64,000 nucleotides of DNA, taken from NCBI RefSeq assembly GCF_024700885.2, contig NZ_CP117016.1; one strand, given 5' to 3'. Below are positions 50,468-63,184 of this stretch, one piece after another. The first letter of the stretch is position 1. Each line of letters begins with the position of its first letter. Made by a program: the position numbers and the translations under genes. The stretch is from Escherichia coli. GTDB taxonomy: Bacteria > Pseudomonadota > Gammaproteobacteria > Enterobacterales > Enterobacteriaceae. The notes beneath the pieces were generated by a model. It was not told where the DNA came from, did not search any database, and saw only the letters and a program-made list of their open reading frames with translations.

Positions 50468-51895
50468 TTATTTACGTGCGGCCAGCATAGCGGTCAGTTT
50501 TTCAGCCCAGGCTTTGGTTTCCGGTAAATCCACCACCGGCTGGCTGTAGTGACCACGGTTGTCCGGGGCGACAGGCGTGGTGGCGTCGATAATCAGCTTG
50601 TCGGTGATACCGGCCGGGCTTGAGCCGGGGTCGAGTTCCAGCACGGACATATTCGGCAACTGCACCAAATCCCCTGCCGGGTTCACTTTCGAAGAGAGCG
50701 CCCACATCACCTGCGGCAGGTTGAACGGATCAACGTCTTCATCGACCATAATCACCATCTTCACGTAGCCCAGACCGTGTGGCGTGGTCATCGCACGCAG
50801 GCCCACCGCGCGGGCAAAGCCACCGTAGCGTTTTTTGGTGGAGATAATCGCCAGCAGGCCGTGGGTGTACATGGCGTTCACCGCCTGCACTTCCGGGAAC
50901 TCGGCTTTCAGTTGCTGATACAGCGGCACGCAGGTGGCTGGCCCCATCAGGTAGTCGATTTCTGTCCACGGCATGCCGAGGTACAGCGATTCGAAAATCG
51001 GCCTGGTGCGGTAAGAGACTTTATCGATACGCACCACGGTCATGTTACGCCCGCCGGAGTAGTGCCCGGTAAACTCACCGAACGGCCCTTCGATTTCGCG
51101 TTTACGGCTTTCGATGACCCCTTCGAGGATCACCTCCGAGCCCCACGGCACATCAAAACCGGTCAATGGCGCGGTGGCGATCGGATACGGGCTTTCGCGC
51201 AGCGCGCCTGCCATTTCATACTCAGACTGATCGTATTTCAGCGGCGTGGCCCCCATCAGGGTGATGATCGGATCGTTACCGAGCGTGATTGCAATCGGCA
51301 GATCTTCACCGCGCTCTTCTGCTTTATGCAGATGCAGGGCGATATCGTGCATCGGCACCGGTTGCAGGCCGAGCTTACGCTTGCCCTTCACTTCCATGCG
51401 GTAGATGCCGACGTTCTGCTTGCCGAAGTTATCCGGATCAAGCGGATCGCGGGAAACCACGCACGCTTTGTCGAGATAGAAACCGCCATCGCCATCGTTT
51501 AAACGAAACAGCGGCAGGATATCGAACAGGTTGATCTCGTCGCCATCGACGGTGTTCTGCGCCCAGGCTGGATTGGCGCGGCGCTCCGGGGCAATCGGGA
51601 AGTTATCCCAGCGGCGGATAAACTCATCAATCTGCTTTTTGACCGGGGTGTTTGGCGGCAGGCCGAGGGAAATCGCGTGGTTCTGCCAGGAACCGATGGT
51701 ATTCATCGCCACACGGGCATCGGTAAAGCCGCGAATATTATCAAACCACAGCGCGGGCGCGCCGTCGCCGATACGCCCGGTGGCGTTAGCTGCTGCTGCC
51801 AGATCCGGTTCCGCGTTCACCTCTTCGCTGATTTTCAGTAACTGTCCGTGGTCATCAAGCGCCTGTAAAAAGCTGCGTAAATCATCAAATGCCAT
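50468..51895 (-). CDS. UbiD-family (prenylated-FMN dependent) decarboxylase, subunit C type
   Basis: 475-aa ORF with UbiD-like length and sequence character. Confidence 0.8.
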   Translation of the reverse strand: MAFDDLRSFLQALDDHGQLLKISEEVNAEPDLAAAANATGRIGDGAPALWFDNIRGFTDARVAMNTIGSWQNHAISLGLPPNTPVKKQIDEFIRRWDNFPIAPERRANPAWAQNTVDGDEINLFDILPLFRLNDGDGGFYLDKACVVSRDPLDPDNFGKQNVGIYRMEVKGKRKLGLQPVPMHDIALHLHKAEERGEDLPIAITLGNDPIITLMGATPLKYDQSEYEMAGALRESPYPIATAPLTGFDVPWGSEVILEGVIESRKREIEGPFGEFTGHYSGGRNMTVVRIDKVSYRTRPIFESLYLGMPWTEIDYLMGPATCVPLYQQLKAEFPEVQAVNAMYTHGLLAIISTKKRYGGFARAVGLRAMTTPHGLGYVKMVIMVDEDVDPFNLPQVMWALSSKVNPAGDLVQLPNMSVLELDPGSSPAGITDKLIIDATTPVAPDNRGHYSQPVVDLPETKAWAEKLTAMLAARK

Positions 51896-52488
51896 TATTC
51901 ATTCTCCTGAGAAAAATTCCGGACCTGCGGCAATCCTTGCCAGCGCCTGGCGTGGGGATGTTCGAGGCCAAATTGATCCAGCACGCGGGCTACCACGTGG
52001 TGGACAATGTCATCTACCGTTTCGGGATGGTTATAAAAGGCAGGCATCGGCGGCACCATCGCCACGCCCATGCGTGAAAGTGCGAGCATATTTTCGAGAT
52101 GGATGGTGCTAAGCGGCATTTCACGCGGCACCAGCACTAGTTTGCGGCCTTCTTTGAGCACGACGTCCGCCGCGCGCCCTACCAGGCCATCGGCGTAACC
52201 GGCACGGATACCGGCGAGCGTTTTCATACTGCACGGAATAACGATCATGCCGTCGGTACGAAAGGAACCTGAGGAGATGGTCGCCGCCTGATCCGCCGGG
52301 TTATGACTGAAGTCTGCGAGGGCAGCAACATCGCGAGCGCTGTAAGGCGTTTCCAGTTCAATGGTGGTTTTCGCCCACTTCGACATCACCAGATGAGTCT
52401 CGACATTCGGCATCTCCCGCAGCGCTTGCAGTAATGCCACCCCAAGAGGCGCACCGGTAGCCCCTGTCATCCCGACGATCAGTCTCAT
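51895..52488 (-). CDS. UbiX/Pad1-family flavin prenyltransferase, subunit B type
   Basis: 197-aa ORF starting MRLIVGMTGATGAP, a typical UbiX N-terminus. Confidence 0.8.
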   Translation of the reverse strand: MRLIVGMTGATGAPLGVALLQALREMPNVETHLVMSKWAKTTIELETPYSARDVAALADFSHNPADQAATISSGSFRTDGMIVIPCSMKTLAGIRAGYADGLVGRAADVVLKEGRKLVLVPREMPLSTIHLENMLALSRMGVAMVPPMPAFYNHPETVDDIVHHVVARVLDQFGLEHPHARRWQGLPQVRNFSQENE

Positions 52489-52601
52489 TGTTTATTCTCT
52501 TAATTGTTCGTATACGAACGTTATTATTAAAATACGCCTCTGTTTTCATCGCGGCAAGCACTGAAAAGTAACAACATCTTCTTCGTCACTGAAAAACCGC
52601 T

Positions 52602-53042
52602 ATGATAGCCACAGATAGTTTGCCCGGAGTTTACATGGCGTTACGAAATAAAGCGTTCCATCAGTTACGACAGCTTTTTCAGCAGCACACGGCTCGCTGG
52701 CAGCACGAGTTACCTGACCTCACCAAACCACAGTACGCGGTGATGCGCGCCATTGCTGATAAGCCTGGTATCGAACAGGTGGCACTGATGGAAGCAGCAG
52801 TCAGCACCAAAGCAACGCTGGCAGAAATGCTGGCAAGAATGGAAAATCGTGGCTTAGTCAGACGAGAACATGACACCGCTGATAAGCGGCGACGCTTTGT
52901 CTGGCTGACTGCCGAAGGAGAAAAGGTACTTGCTGCGGCGATACCGATTGGTGACAGCGTGGATGAGGAATTTTTGGGGCGTTTGAGTGCAGAAGAGCAG
53001 GAGCTGTTTATGCAGCTGGTGCGCAAGATGATGAACGCATAG
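52602..53042 (+). CDS. MarR/SlyA-family transcriptional regulator (start may be the internal Met at 52635)
   Basis: 146-aa ORF with winged-helix region, divergent from the decarboxylase operon. Confidence 0.75.
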   Translation: MIATDSLPGVYMALRNKAFHQLRQLFQQHTARWQHELPDLTKPQYAVMRAIADKPGIEQVALMEAAVSTKATLAEMLARMENRGLVRREHDTADKRRRFVWLTAEGEKVLAAAIPIGDSVDEEFLGRLSAEEQELFMQLVRKMMNA

Positions 53043-53110
53043 GGGGCAAATTTCCGGATGCGACGCTATCGCGTCTTATCCAGACTACAAATACACCGAC
53101 TCACCAACCG

Positions 53111-53147
53111 AAAGAAAAAAGGCCAGCCTCGCTTGAGACTGGCCTTT
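53111..53147 (-). terminator. rpoS terminator hairpin
   Basis: GGCCAGCCTCGCTTGAGACTGGCC preceded on the plus strand by an A run (a T run on the transcript). Confidence 0.6.
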
Positions 53148-53162
53148 CTGACAGATGCTTAC

Positions 53163-54155
53163 TTACTCGCGGAACAGCGCTTCGATATTCAGCCCCTGCG
53201 TTTGCAGGATTTCGCGCAAACGGCGCAGGCCTTCAACCTGAATCTGGCGAACACGTTCACGGGTGAGGCCAATTTCACGACCTACATCTTCCAGTGTTGC
53301 CGCTTCGTACCCCAGCAAACCGAATCGACGTGCCAGTACTTCACGCTGTTTGGCGTTCAGCTCGAACAGCCATTTGACGATGCTCTGCTTCATATCGTCA
53401 TCTTGCGTGGTATCTTCCGGACCGTTCTCTTTTTCATCGGCCAGGATGTCCAGCAACGCTTTTTCGGAATCACCACCTAGCGGGGTGTCTACCGAGGTAA
53501 TGCGCTCGTTAAGACGAAGCATACGGCTGACGTCATCAACTGGCTTATCCAGTTGCTCTGCGATCTCTTCCGCACTTGGTTCGTGGTCCAGTTTATGGGA
53601 CAACTCGCGTGCGGTTCGCAGGTAAACGTTCAGCTCCTTTACGATGTGAATCGGCAAACGAATAGTACGGGTTTGGTTCATAATCGCCCGTTCGATCGTC
53701 TGGCGAATCCACCAGGTTGCGTATGTTGAGAAGCGGAAACCACGTTCCGGGTCAAACTTCTCTACCGCGCGGATCAGCCCCAGGTTGCCCTCTTCGATCA
53801 GGTCCAGCAACGCCAGACCACGATTGCCATAACGGCGGGCAATTTTTACCACCAGACGCAAGTTACTCTCGATCATCCGGCGGCGGGAGGCAACATCTCC
53901 ACGCAGTGCGCGACGCGCAAAATAAACTTCTTCTTCGGCCGTTAACAGTGGTGAATAACCAATCTCACCAAGGTAAAGCTGAGTCGCGTCCAACACACGC
54001 TGTGTGGCTCCCTGCGATAACAGTTCCTCTTCGGCCAAATCGTTATCACTGGGTTCCTCTTCTACTAAGGCCTTTTCGTCAAAAACCTCAACTCCGTTCT
54101 CATCAAATTCCGCATCTTCATTTAAATCATGAACTTTCAGCGTATTCTGACTCAT
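53163..54155 (-). CDS. rpoS: RNA polymerase sigma factor RpoS (sigma-38)
   Basis: 330-aa ORF starting [21 protein letters not shown], with sigma-70 family regions 2-4. Confidence 0.95.
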   Translation of the reverse strand: MSQNTLKVHDLNEDAEFDENGVEVFDEKALVEEEPSDNDLAEEELLSQGATQRVLDATQLYLGEIGYSPLLTAEEEVYFARRALRGDVASRRRMIESNLRLVVKIARRYGNRGLALLDLIEEGNLGLIRAVEKFDPERGFRFSTYATWWIRQTIERAIMNQTRTIRLPIHIVKELNVYLRTARELSHKLDHEPSAEEIAEQLDKPVDDVSRMLRLNERITSVDTPLGGDSEKALLDILADEKENGPEDTTQDDDMKQSIVKWLFELNAKQREVLARRFGLLGYEAATLEDVGREIGLTRERVRQIQVEGLRRLREILQTQGLNIEALFRE

Positions 54156-54217
54156 AAGGTGGCTCCTACCCGTGATCCCTTGACGGAACATTCAAGCAAA
54201 AGCCTGGTTCCGCCGAT

Positions 54218-55357
54218 TTATCGCTGCGGCAAATAACGCAGCGGGTTTACGGATTTCCCCTTGTAACGAATTTCAAAATGCAAGCGTGTTGAACTGGTTC
54301 CGGTGCTACCCATGGTTGCTATTTTTTGCCCCGCCTTCACTTCTTGTTGTTCCCGGACCAGCATTGTGTCGTTATGGGCGTAGGCACTCAGGTAATCATC
54401 ATTATGTTTGATGATAATCAGATTACCGTAGCCGCGCAGCGCGTTACCGGCATAAACAACGCGGCCATCTGCGGTCGCGATAATTGCCTGTCCTTTGCTG
54501 CCTGCGATATCAATCCCCTTGTTGCCCCCCTCAGAAGCGCCAAAGGTTTCGATCACTTTGCCCTCAGTCGGCCAGCGCCAGGTGGAGATAGGCGTACTGG
54601 TTGATGTACTGCTGACAGTCGGCTCGGTTGTGCTTGCTGTTGGCACCGTTACAGGCGCTGTGACCGTGGTCGCAGTTGGCTTGTTGTTCGGCAACATTTT
54701 GTTAGCACTCTGTTCACCCGAAGACTCAGAATACGTAATTGTCGGTTGCGACGCAACAGCAACGGTGGAATTTTGTGCAGGCTTGATCACAACTCCTTGC
54801 TCTGCTGCGTCGGCCTGGGTAATGGCATTTCCGCCAGTGATTGGCGTACCGGAAGCATTACCCACCTGCAAGGTCTGACCAACGTTCAGCGCGTATGGTG
54901 CCTGAATATTGTTGCGCTGAGCAAGGTCACGGAAATCGTTGCCAGTAATCCAGGCGATATAGAAAAGTGTGTCGCCTTTTTTCACGGTATAGGTACTGCC
55001 GCTATAACTGCCTTTCGGAATGTTCCCATACTGACGGTTATAGACGATGCGTCCGTTTTCCATCTGTACCGGCTGCTGAGCTACTGGCTGCACCGGCTGG
55101 ATTTGCGGTTGTTGAGTGGCCTGAATTTGTGGCTGCTGTACCGGCTGAATTTGCGGTTGCTGAGCTGTAGACGTCGTTCCCATTTTCGGCGGCGGCGTAA
55201 TCAACATACCAGAATTGGTATTTGCAGGCGCATTGCCATTAACGGAGCTGACCGGTGCCGGTGGATTTGAAGTGTCAGAACAGCCTGCCAGCCATAGCGA
55301 AACCAGTGACAAAGCCGCAATGCGGCGAACGGTGAATTTTGGGCTTCCCGCGCTCAT
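54218..55357 (-). CDS. nlpD: Murein hydrolase activator lipoprotein NlpD (LysM plus M23 peptidase-like)
   Basis: 379-aa ORF with lipobox LAGCS, Gln/Pro-rich repeats, LysM and M23-like C-terminus. Confidence 0.93.
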   Translation of the reverse strand: MSAGSPKFTVRRIAALSLVSLWLAGCSDTSNPPAPVSSVNGNAPANTNSGMLITPPPKMGTTSTAQQPQIQPVQQPQIQATQQPQIQPVQPVAQQPVQMENGRIVYNRQYGNIPKGSYSGSTYTVKKGDTLFYIAWITGNDFRDLAQRNNIQAPYALNVGQTLQVGNASGTPITGGNAITQADAAEQGVVIKPAQNSTVAVASQPTITYSESSGEQSANKMLPNNKPTATTVTAPVTVPTASTTEPTVSSTSTSTPISTWRWPTEGKVIETFGASEGGNKGIDIAGSKGQAIIATADGRVVYAGNALRGYGNLIIIKHNDDYLSAYAHNDTMLVREQQEVKAGQKIATMGSTGTSSTRLHFEIRYKGKSVNPLRYLPQR

Positions 55358-55496
55358 TTATCCCCCAGGAAAAATTGGTTAATAACCAGTGACATAATTA
55401 CCGTGCAAGGCACCATACTGAACACTGGAAAAGATGTTCACGATACGCTGACCTGCGGCAAAATAACCAGGAAAAATCCAGGTATTTCCTCACGTT

Positions 55497-56858
<1,362 letters not shown>

Positions 56859-56878
<20 letters not shown>

Positions 56879-57908
56879 AATCACCTGTTGTGTTGATAAG
56901 TTCCCTGACAACGCTGGTTGCAAAACTACCCGCCGGAAGCCAGAAACGGATTTCTACGGTGACGTCATCCCACCAGTTCCAGCTTAATTGTTGCGGATAC
57001 AGCAGCATCGCTCTGCGCGCTGCTTCAACTTTTTCGCGCACCAGTAAGGCTTGTAATTCAGTTTCTTCGGCGATAGCTGCTTGTTCGAATGCCAGCGCTT
57101 CACGCTGAGTTCCCCATTCACCACTGCCCGGCAATGCGGCGGTTATCATCAGCTCTTTATCGTTGACGCGACGCTGTAATTCCGCCAGTTCTTCGGTGGT
57201 TGCAACAAACCAGCTACCACGTCCGGCTAATTGTAGCGCATCGCCGTCAACAACTTGATTAACGTCTGCTTTTTTGAGGCGCTCAGCAACAATCTGATTA
57301 AACAACGCACTGCGGGCGGCCGACAACCAAAAACTCCGTTTATTGCGATCGCGCACCGGAGTATTGGTTTGCGCCCAGCGCAGCGCGCCCTGCAAGTTGC
57401 TACCGCCAATCCCAAAACGTTGGGCACCAAAATAGTTAGGCACGCCTTTTACGCAAATATCGATCAGACGTTGTTCAACGTCATCGCGATTGCTCACTTC
57501 GCGCAGAACCAGGGTAAAGGCGTTACCTTTCAGCGCGCCTAAACGCAGCTTGCGCTTGTGCCGCGCATACTCCAGCACCTGGCAGCCTTCCAGTTGAAAG
57601 GCGCTCAGATCGGGCATTTCCTTGCCCGGCACGCGAGCGCATAACCACTGTTCCGTAACAGCATGTTTGTCTTTTTGCCCAGCGAAGCTGACTTCACGGG
57701 CATGAATTTTAAGGAATTTTGCCAGTGCATCCGCCACAAAACGGGTATTGCAGCCGTTTTTGAGGATTCTAACCAGAATATGCTCACCTTCACCATCAGG
57801 CTCAAAGCCCAAATCTTCCACCACCACAAAGTCTTCCGGATTGGCTTTCAGCAGCCCGGTGCCTTGCGGTTTACCGTGGAGGTAAGTGAGATTATCAAAC
57901 TCAATCAT
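56859..57908 (-). CDS. truD: tRNA pseudouridine(13) synthase TruD
   Basis: 349-aa ORF in conserved position upstream of surE. Confidence 0.9.
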
Positions 57909-58384
57909 TTTGTTGCCTTAATGAGTAGCGCCACCGCTTCACAGGCAATCCCTTCCCCACGTCCGGTAAATCCAAGTTTTTCCGTAGTAGTGGCTTTCAC
58001 GTTAACATCATCCATATGGCAGCCGAGATCTTCGGCAATAAACACGCGCATTTGTGGAATGTGCGGCAACATCTTCGGTGCCTGAGCGATGATAGTGACA
58101 TCGACGTTGCCAAGGGTATAACCCTTCGCCTGAATACGACGCCAGGCTTCGCGTAGCAGCTCGCGGCTATCGGCACCTTTAAATGCCGGATCGGTATCCG
58201 GGAACAGTTTGCCGATATCCCCCAGCGCCGCCGCGCCAAGCAATGCATCGGTCAACGCATGGAGCGCCACGTCGCCATCAGAATGCGCCAGCAATCCTTT
58301 TTCGTAAGGAATGCGTACGCCACCAATGATAATTGGGCCTTCACCGCCAAAGGCGTGTACGTCAAAACCGTGTCCAATTCGCAT
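57905..58384 (-). CDS. ispF: 2-C-methyl-D-erythritol 2,4-cyclodiphosphate synthase
   Basis: 159-aa ORF starting [13 protein letters not shown]. Confidence 0.93.
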
Positions 58385-59094
58385 TATGTATTCTCCTGAT
58401 GGATGGTTCGGGTGAGGTAAAACTCGGCCAGTGCCAAATCTTCCGGTCGCGTGACTTTAATGTTATCCGCGCGGCCTTCGACCAACTGCGGATGGAATCC
58501 GCAATATTCCAGCGCCGAGGCTTCGTCGGTAATGGTAGCGCCTTCATTTAGAGCGCGCGTCAGGCAGTCATGTAACAGCTCGCGAGGGAAAAATTGCGGC
58601 GTCAGCGCGTGCCATAAGCCGTTGCGATCAACGGTATGAGCAATGGCATTTTTGCCCGGTTCGGCACGTTTCATCGTATCGCGCACTGGTGCGGCGAGGA
58701 TCCCCCCCGTGCGGCTGGTTTCGCTCAACGCCAACAATCGCGCGAGGTCATCCTGATGCAGACAAGGACGAGCGGCGTCATGCACCAATACCCACTGCGC
58801 GTCGCCAGCGGCTTTCAGACCTGCCAGCACCGAATCGGCACGCTCATCACCGCCATCTACAACGGTGATTTGCGGATGATTCGCCAGAGGAAGTTGTGCA
58901 AAACGGCTATCGCCAGGACTTATGGCAATGACGACACGTTTCACCCGGGGATGCGCCAGCAGCGCATGCACCGAGTGTTCAAGAATGGTTTGATTACCGA
59001 TTGAGAGATATTGCTTAGGACATTCCGTTTGCATTCGACGGCCAAATCCGGCCGCCGGAACCACGGCGCAAACATCCAAATGAGTGGTTGCCAT
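58384..59094 (-). CDS. ispD: 2-C-methyl-D-erythritol 4-phosphate cytidylyltransferase
   Basis: 236-aa ORF with PAAGxGxRM motif. Confidence 0.93.
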
Positions 59095-59112
59095 GTTAAT
59101 TCCCGGGCTGAT

Positions 59113-59424
59113 TTATCGATTGTTTTGCCCCGCAGACTGTGCGCGCTTCGACGCGTCAGGCACCAGACGATAAAAAGTTTCGCCCGGCCTGGTCATGCTG
59201 AGTTCATTACGCGCACGCTCTTCGAGCGCCTCCTGGCCGCCATTGAGATCGTCAATTTCGGCAAAAAGTTGATCGTTTCGCGCTTTAAGTTTCGCGTTTG
59301 TAGCTTGCTGTGCCGCCACATCATCATTGACGCGGGTATAGTCATGTATACCGTTCTTACCGAACCACAGCGAATACTGTAGCCAGACCAGAATAGCCAG
59401 CAACAGCAGCGTTAGTTTACCCAT
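59113..59424 (-). CDS. ftsB: Cell division protein FtsB
   Basis: 103-aa ORF with N-terminal TM helix and coiled coil. Confidence 0.9.
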
Positions 59425-59617
59425 CCTGCCCCCTGAAAAACGGCATCATCATCCCATGCATCCGAAGACGACTCTACATCCTCTGTTGGGGATACCGCGA
59501 CAACGCGGGCAAATGTACCACATTTGTCCATTGTTACGTATACCCAGGGCGTGCAGAACATAATCTCATTATTAGTTACGGTTTGAATTATGAACAGAGG
59601 AGACAAGAAAGTACAAA

Positions 59618-59941
59618 TTAGCCCAGTAGCCACATAAACAGTGCGCCAAACATAATGCCTACTGTCATCAGGGTGAAAACAATACTGTAGCGTAGCTTTC
59701 CGTCCATCAATGAATGCAGCGCAATCCCCACCACTACCGCGACGGGCATCAGCGCCAGAAAGAAAGGCCAGGTGTAGATAAAGAAGAACAGCGTGTTAGA
59801 GCCATAAATCAACATCGGCATCGCCAGCGCAAATAACCAGGAGATAAAACCGACCACGGCACCAGGCAGTGACCATGTGGTTTCTTCATCCTCAGTAAGG
59901 CTGTCGTTATTTGTTAGTGTAATGTTATGGCTATTACGCAT
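59618..59941 (-). CDS. ygbE: Inner membrane protein YgbE (DUF3561)
   Basis: 107-aa hydrophobic ORF between ftsB and cysC. Confidence 0.85.
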   Translation of the reverse strand: MRNSHNITLTNNDSLTEDEETTWSLPGAVVGFISWLFALAMPMLIYGSNTLFFFIYTWPFFLALMPVAVVVGIALHSLMDGKLRYSIVFTLMTVGIMFGALFMWLLG

Positions 59942-59990
59942 ATTTGATCCTGTTACTTTGACGAACCGGGCATGGAAACCCGGTGGTGTC

Positions 59991-60596
59991 TCAGGATCTG
60001 ATAATATCGTTCTGTCTCAACAGATCTAATAATTGCTGTACCAAATTTGTTACTAATTGTTCACCATTGAGATGAATTTCTGCCGATTCAGGCGCTTCGT
60101 AAACAGAATCTATTCCCGTAAAGTTACGCAGTTCACCGGCACGCGCTTTCTTATATAAGCCTTTTGGATCGCGGGCTTCGCAAATCGCCAGCGGTGTATC
60201 GACAAACACTTCGATAAAGCGCCCTTCTCCTACGCGTTCGCGAACCATCTGGCGTTCGGCGCGGTGTGGCGAGATGAATGCGGTCAGCACCACCAGTCCG
60301 GCTTCAACCATCAAATTCGCCACTTCACCGACGCGACGGATATTCTCTTTACGATCGGCATCGCTAAAACCGAGATCGCTGCATAATCCGTGGCGAACAT
60401 TGTCGCCATCCAGCAGATACGTACTGACGCCGAGTTTATGTAACGCCTCCTCCAGCGCCCCGGCGACCGTTGATTTACCGGACCCGGAGAGGCCGGTAAA
60501 CCACAGCACTACACCACGATGACCGTGGTGTAGCTCGCGTTGTTGCACAGTGACCGGATGGCTATGCCAGACGACGTTTTCGTCATGCAGCGCCAT
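59991..60596 (-). CDS. cysC: Adenylylsulfate kinase
   Basis: 201-aa ORF with P-loop GLSGSGKST. Confidence 0.93.
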
Positions 60597-62023
60597 TATT
60601 TATCCCCCAGCAAATCGCGCGCGCCCCAGTGCGGAAAGTGGCGACGAACCAGGGCATTCAATTCCAGTTCGAATGCACTGAATTCAGATGGCGCAGCAGT
60701 TGCCTGGCTAACTGGCTCGTGCACCATACCGGCACCCACGGTCACATTGCTCAGGCGATCGATAAAAATCAGCCCACCGGTAACCGGGTTTTGCTGATAA
60801 CGATCTAACACCAGTGGCTCGTCAAAAGTGAGATCCACCAGGCCGATGCCGTTCAGCGGCAGGTTTTCAACTTCGCGTTGGGTAAGGTTATTAATATCAA
60901 CCTGATAACGAATGCCATCAACACGAGCACGCGTCTTCTTACCGGCAATTTTGATGTCGTAACTCTGGCCTGGGGAAAGCGGCTGTTCCGCCATCCATAC
61001 CACATCCACCGACGCGCTCTGCACAGCCGGTAACGCTTCGTCTGCCGCCAGCAGCAGATCGCCACGGCTGATGTCGATCTCATCCGTTAGCACCAGGGTG
61101 ATCGCTTCTTCGGCAAAGGCTTCTTCGCGATCGCCATCAAAAGTCACGATCCGCGCGACGTTTGATTCCACACCAGAGGGCAGCACTTTGACACGTTGCC
61201 CGACTTCCACTCGACCGGATGCCAGCGTTCCGGCGTAGCCACGAAAATCGAGATTCGGGCGATTAACGTACTGCACCGGGAAGCGCATTGGCTGGGCATC
61301 CACCACTCGCTGGATCTCCACGGTTTCCAGCACTTCGAGCAGTGTCGGACCGCTGTACCACGGCATACTTTCACTTTGCGAAGCCACGTTGTCGCCTTCC
61401 AGTGCAGAGAGCGGCACAAAGCGGATATCCAGATTACCCGGCAGCTGCCCGGCAAACGTCAGATAATCTTCGCGAATACGGGTGAACGTCTCTTCACTGT
61501 AACCCACCAGATCCATTTTGTTGATCGCCACGACCAGATGTTTGATCCCCAACAGTGTGGAGATAAAACTGTGACGACGGGTTTGATCGAGCACGCCTTT
61601 ACGGGCGTCGATCAGTAAGATCGCCAGTTCGCATGTCGATGCGCCGGTCGCCATATTGCGGGTGTACTGCTCGTGCCCAGGGGTGTCGGCGATAATAAAT
61701 TTGCGCTTCTCGGTAGAGAAATAACGGTAAGCCACGTCAATGGTGATGCCCTGTTCGCGCTCAGCTTGCAGGCCGTCCACCAGCAGTGCCAGATCCAGTT
61801 TTTCGCCCTGGGTGCCGTGACGTTTACTGTCGTTATGCAGCGATGAGAGCTGATCTTCGTAGATTTGGCGGGTATCGTGCAGCAGGCGACCAATCAGGGT
61901 ACTTTTGCCGTCATCGACGCTACCACAGGTCAGAAAACGCAGCAGGCTTTTATGTTGTTGCGCAATCATCCAGGCTTCGACGCCGCCTTCATTGGCGATT
62001 TGTTGTGCTAGTGCGGTGTTCAT
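60596..62023 (-). CDS. cysN: Sulfate adenylyltransferase subunit 1 (GTPase)
   Basis: 475-aa ORF with GTPase motifs ([18 protein letters not shown]). Confidence 0.93.
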
Positions 62024-62024
62024 C

Positions 62025-62933
62025 TTAAAAATACCCCTGACGTTTTTTCAGCTCCATAGACCCCGCCTGGTCGCGGTCAATCACGCGGCCCTGACGTTCA
62101 CTGGTGGTGGAAACCAGCATCTCTTCGATGATCTCCGGCAGTGTTTGTGCATTTGACTCCACCGCGCCGGTCAGCGGCCAGCAGCCCAGCGTACGGAAAC
62201 GCACCATCCGTTTTTTAATCACTTCGCCCGGTTGCAGGTCGATACGGTTGTCATCAATCATCATCAACATACCGTCGCGTTCCAGAACCGGACGTTCCGC
62301 AGCGAGATACAGCGGCACAATGTCGATATTTTCCAGCCAGATGTATTGCCAGATATCCTGCTCGGTCCAGTTAGAGAGCGGGAAGACGCGGATGCTTTCG
62401 CCTTTGTTAATTTGCCCGTTGTAGTTGTGCCACAGCTCCGGGCGCTGATTTTTCGGATCCCAGCGATGGAAGCGGTCACGGAAAGAGTAAATTCGCTCTT
62501 TAGCGCGGGATTTCTCTTCGTCACGGCGCGCACCACCGAAGGCGGCATCAAAACCGTATTTGTTCAGCGCCTGTTTCAGGCCTTCAGTTTTCATAATATC
62601 GGTATGTTTCGCGCTGCCGTGCACGAATGGATTAATCCCCATCGCCACGCCTTCCGGGTTTTTATGCACCAGCAGCTCGCAGCCGTAGGCTTTCGCCGTA
62701 CGATCGCGGAACTCATACATCTCGCGGAATTTCCAGCCGGTATCGACATGCAGCAACGGGAAAGGCAGCGTACCTGGATAAAACGCCTTGCGCGCCAGAT
62801 GCAACATGACGCTGGAATCTTTACCGATAGAGTAGAGCATCACCGGATTTGAGAATTCTGCCGCCACCTCGCGAATAATGTGGATGCTTTCCGCCTCCAG
62901 TTGCCGCAGGTGAGTAAGTCGTTTTTGATCCAT
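62025..62933 (-). CDS. cysD: Sulfate adenylyltransferase subunit 2
   Basis: 302-aa ORF with PAPS-reductase-like fold. Confidence 0.93.
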   Translation of the reverse strand: MDQKRLTHLRQLEAESIHIIREVAAEFSNPVMLYSIGKDSSVMLHLARKAFYPGTLPFPLLHVDTGWKFREMYEFRDRTAKAYGCELLVHKNPEGVAMGINPFVHGSAKHTDIMKTEGLKQALNKYGFDAAFGGARRDEEKSRAKERIYSFRDRFHRWDPKNQRPELWHNYNGQINKGESIRVFPLSNWTEQDIWQYIWLENIDIVPLYLAAERPVLERDGMLMMIDDNRIDLQPGEVIKKRMVRFRTLGCWPLTGAVESNAQTLPEIIEEMLVSTTSERQGRVIDRDQAGSMELKKRQGYF

Positions 62934-63184
62934 AACCGTTCCTTTGCAATACCGCTATTTTCTTGCCATCAGATGTTTCGACTATAGGGAGCGTAAGAGA
63001 ACGAATGAAATTACCAATTAGAATGAGTAGTTCCTTAACGGAATAACGATTTGGCAAAGCTAATATCAAAAAGTGCTTAAGGCACCGGATTTCGGGCGTT
63101 TAGGAAGATTTGAAATTGTTTTAGCGCAGCGGCAGTTTCATACTATGGCGGTAAAAAAATTTGCATGGTATTTAAGGACTCACT

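Noticed and set aside
50777-51502. 241-aa ORF antisense to the UbiD-like decarboxylase gene
   Set aside because: Embedded antisense ORF with no independent signals.
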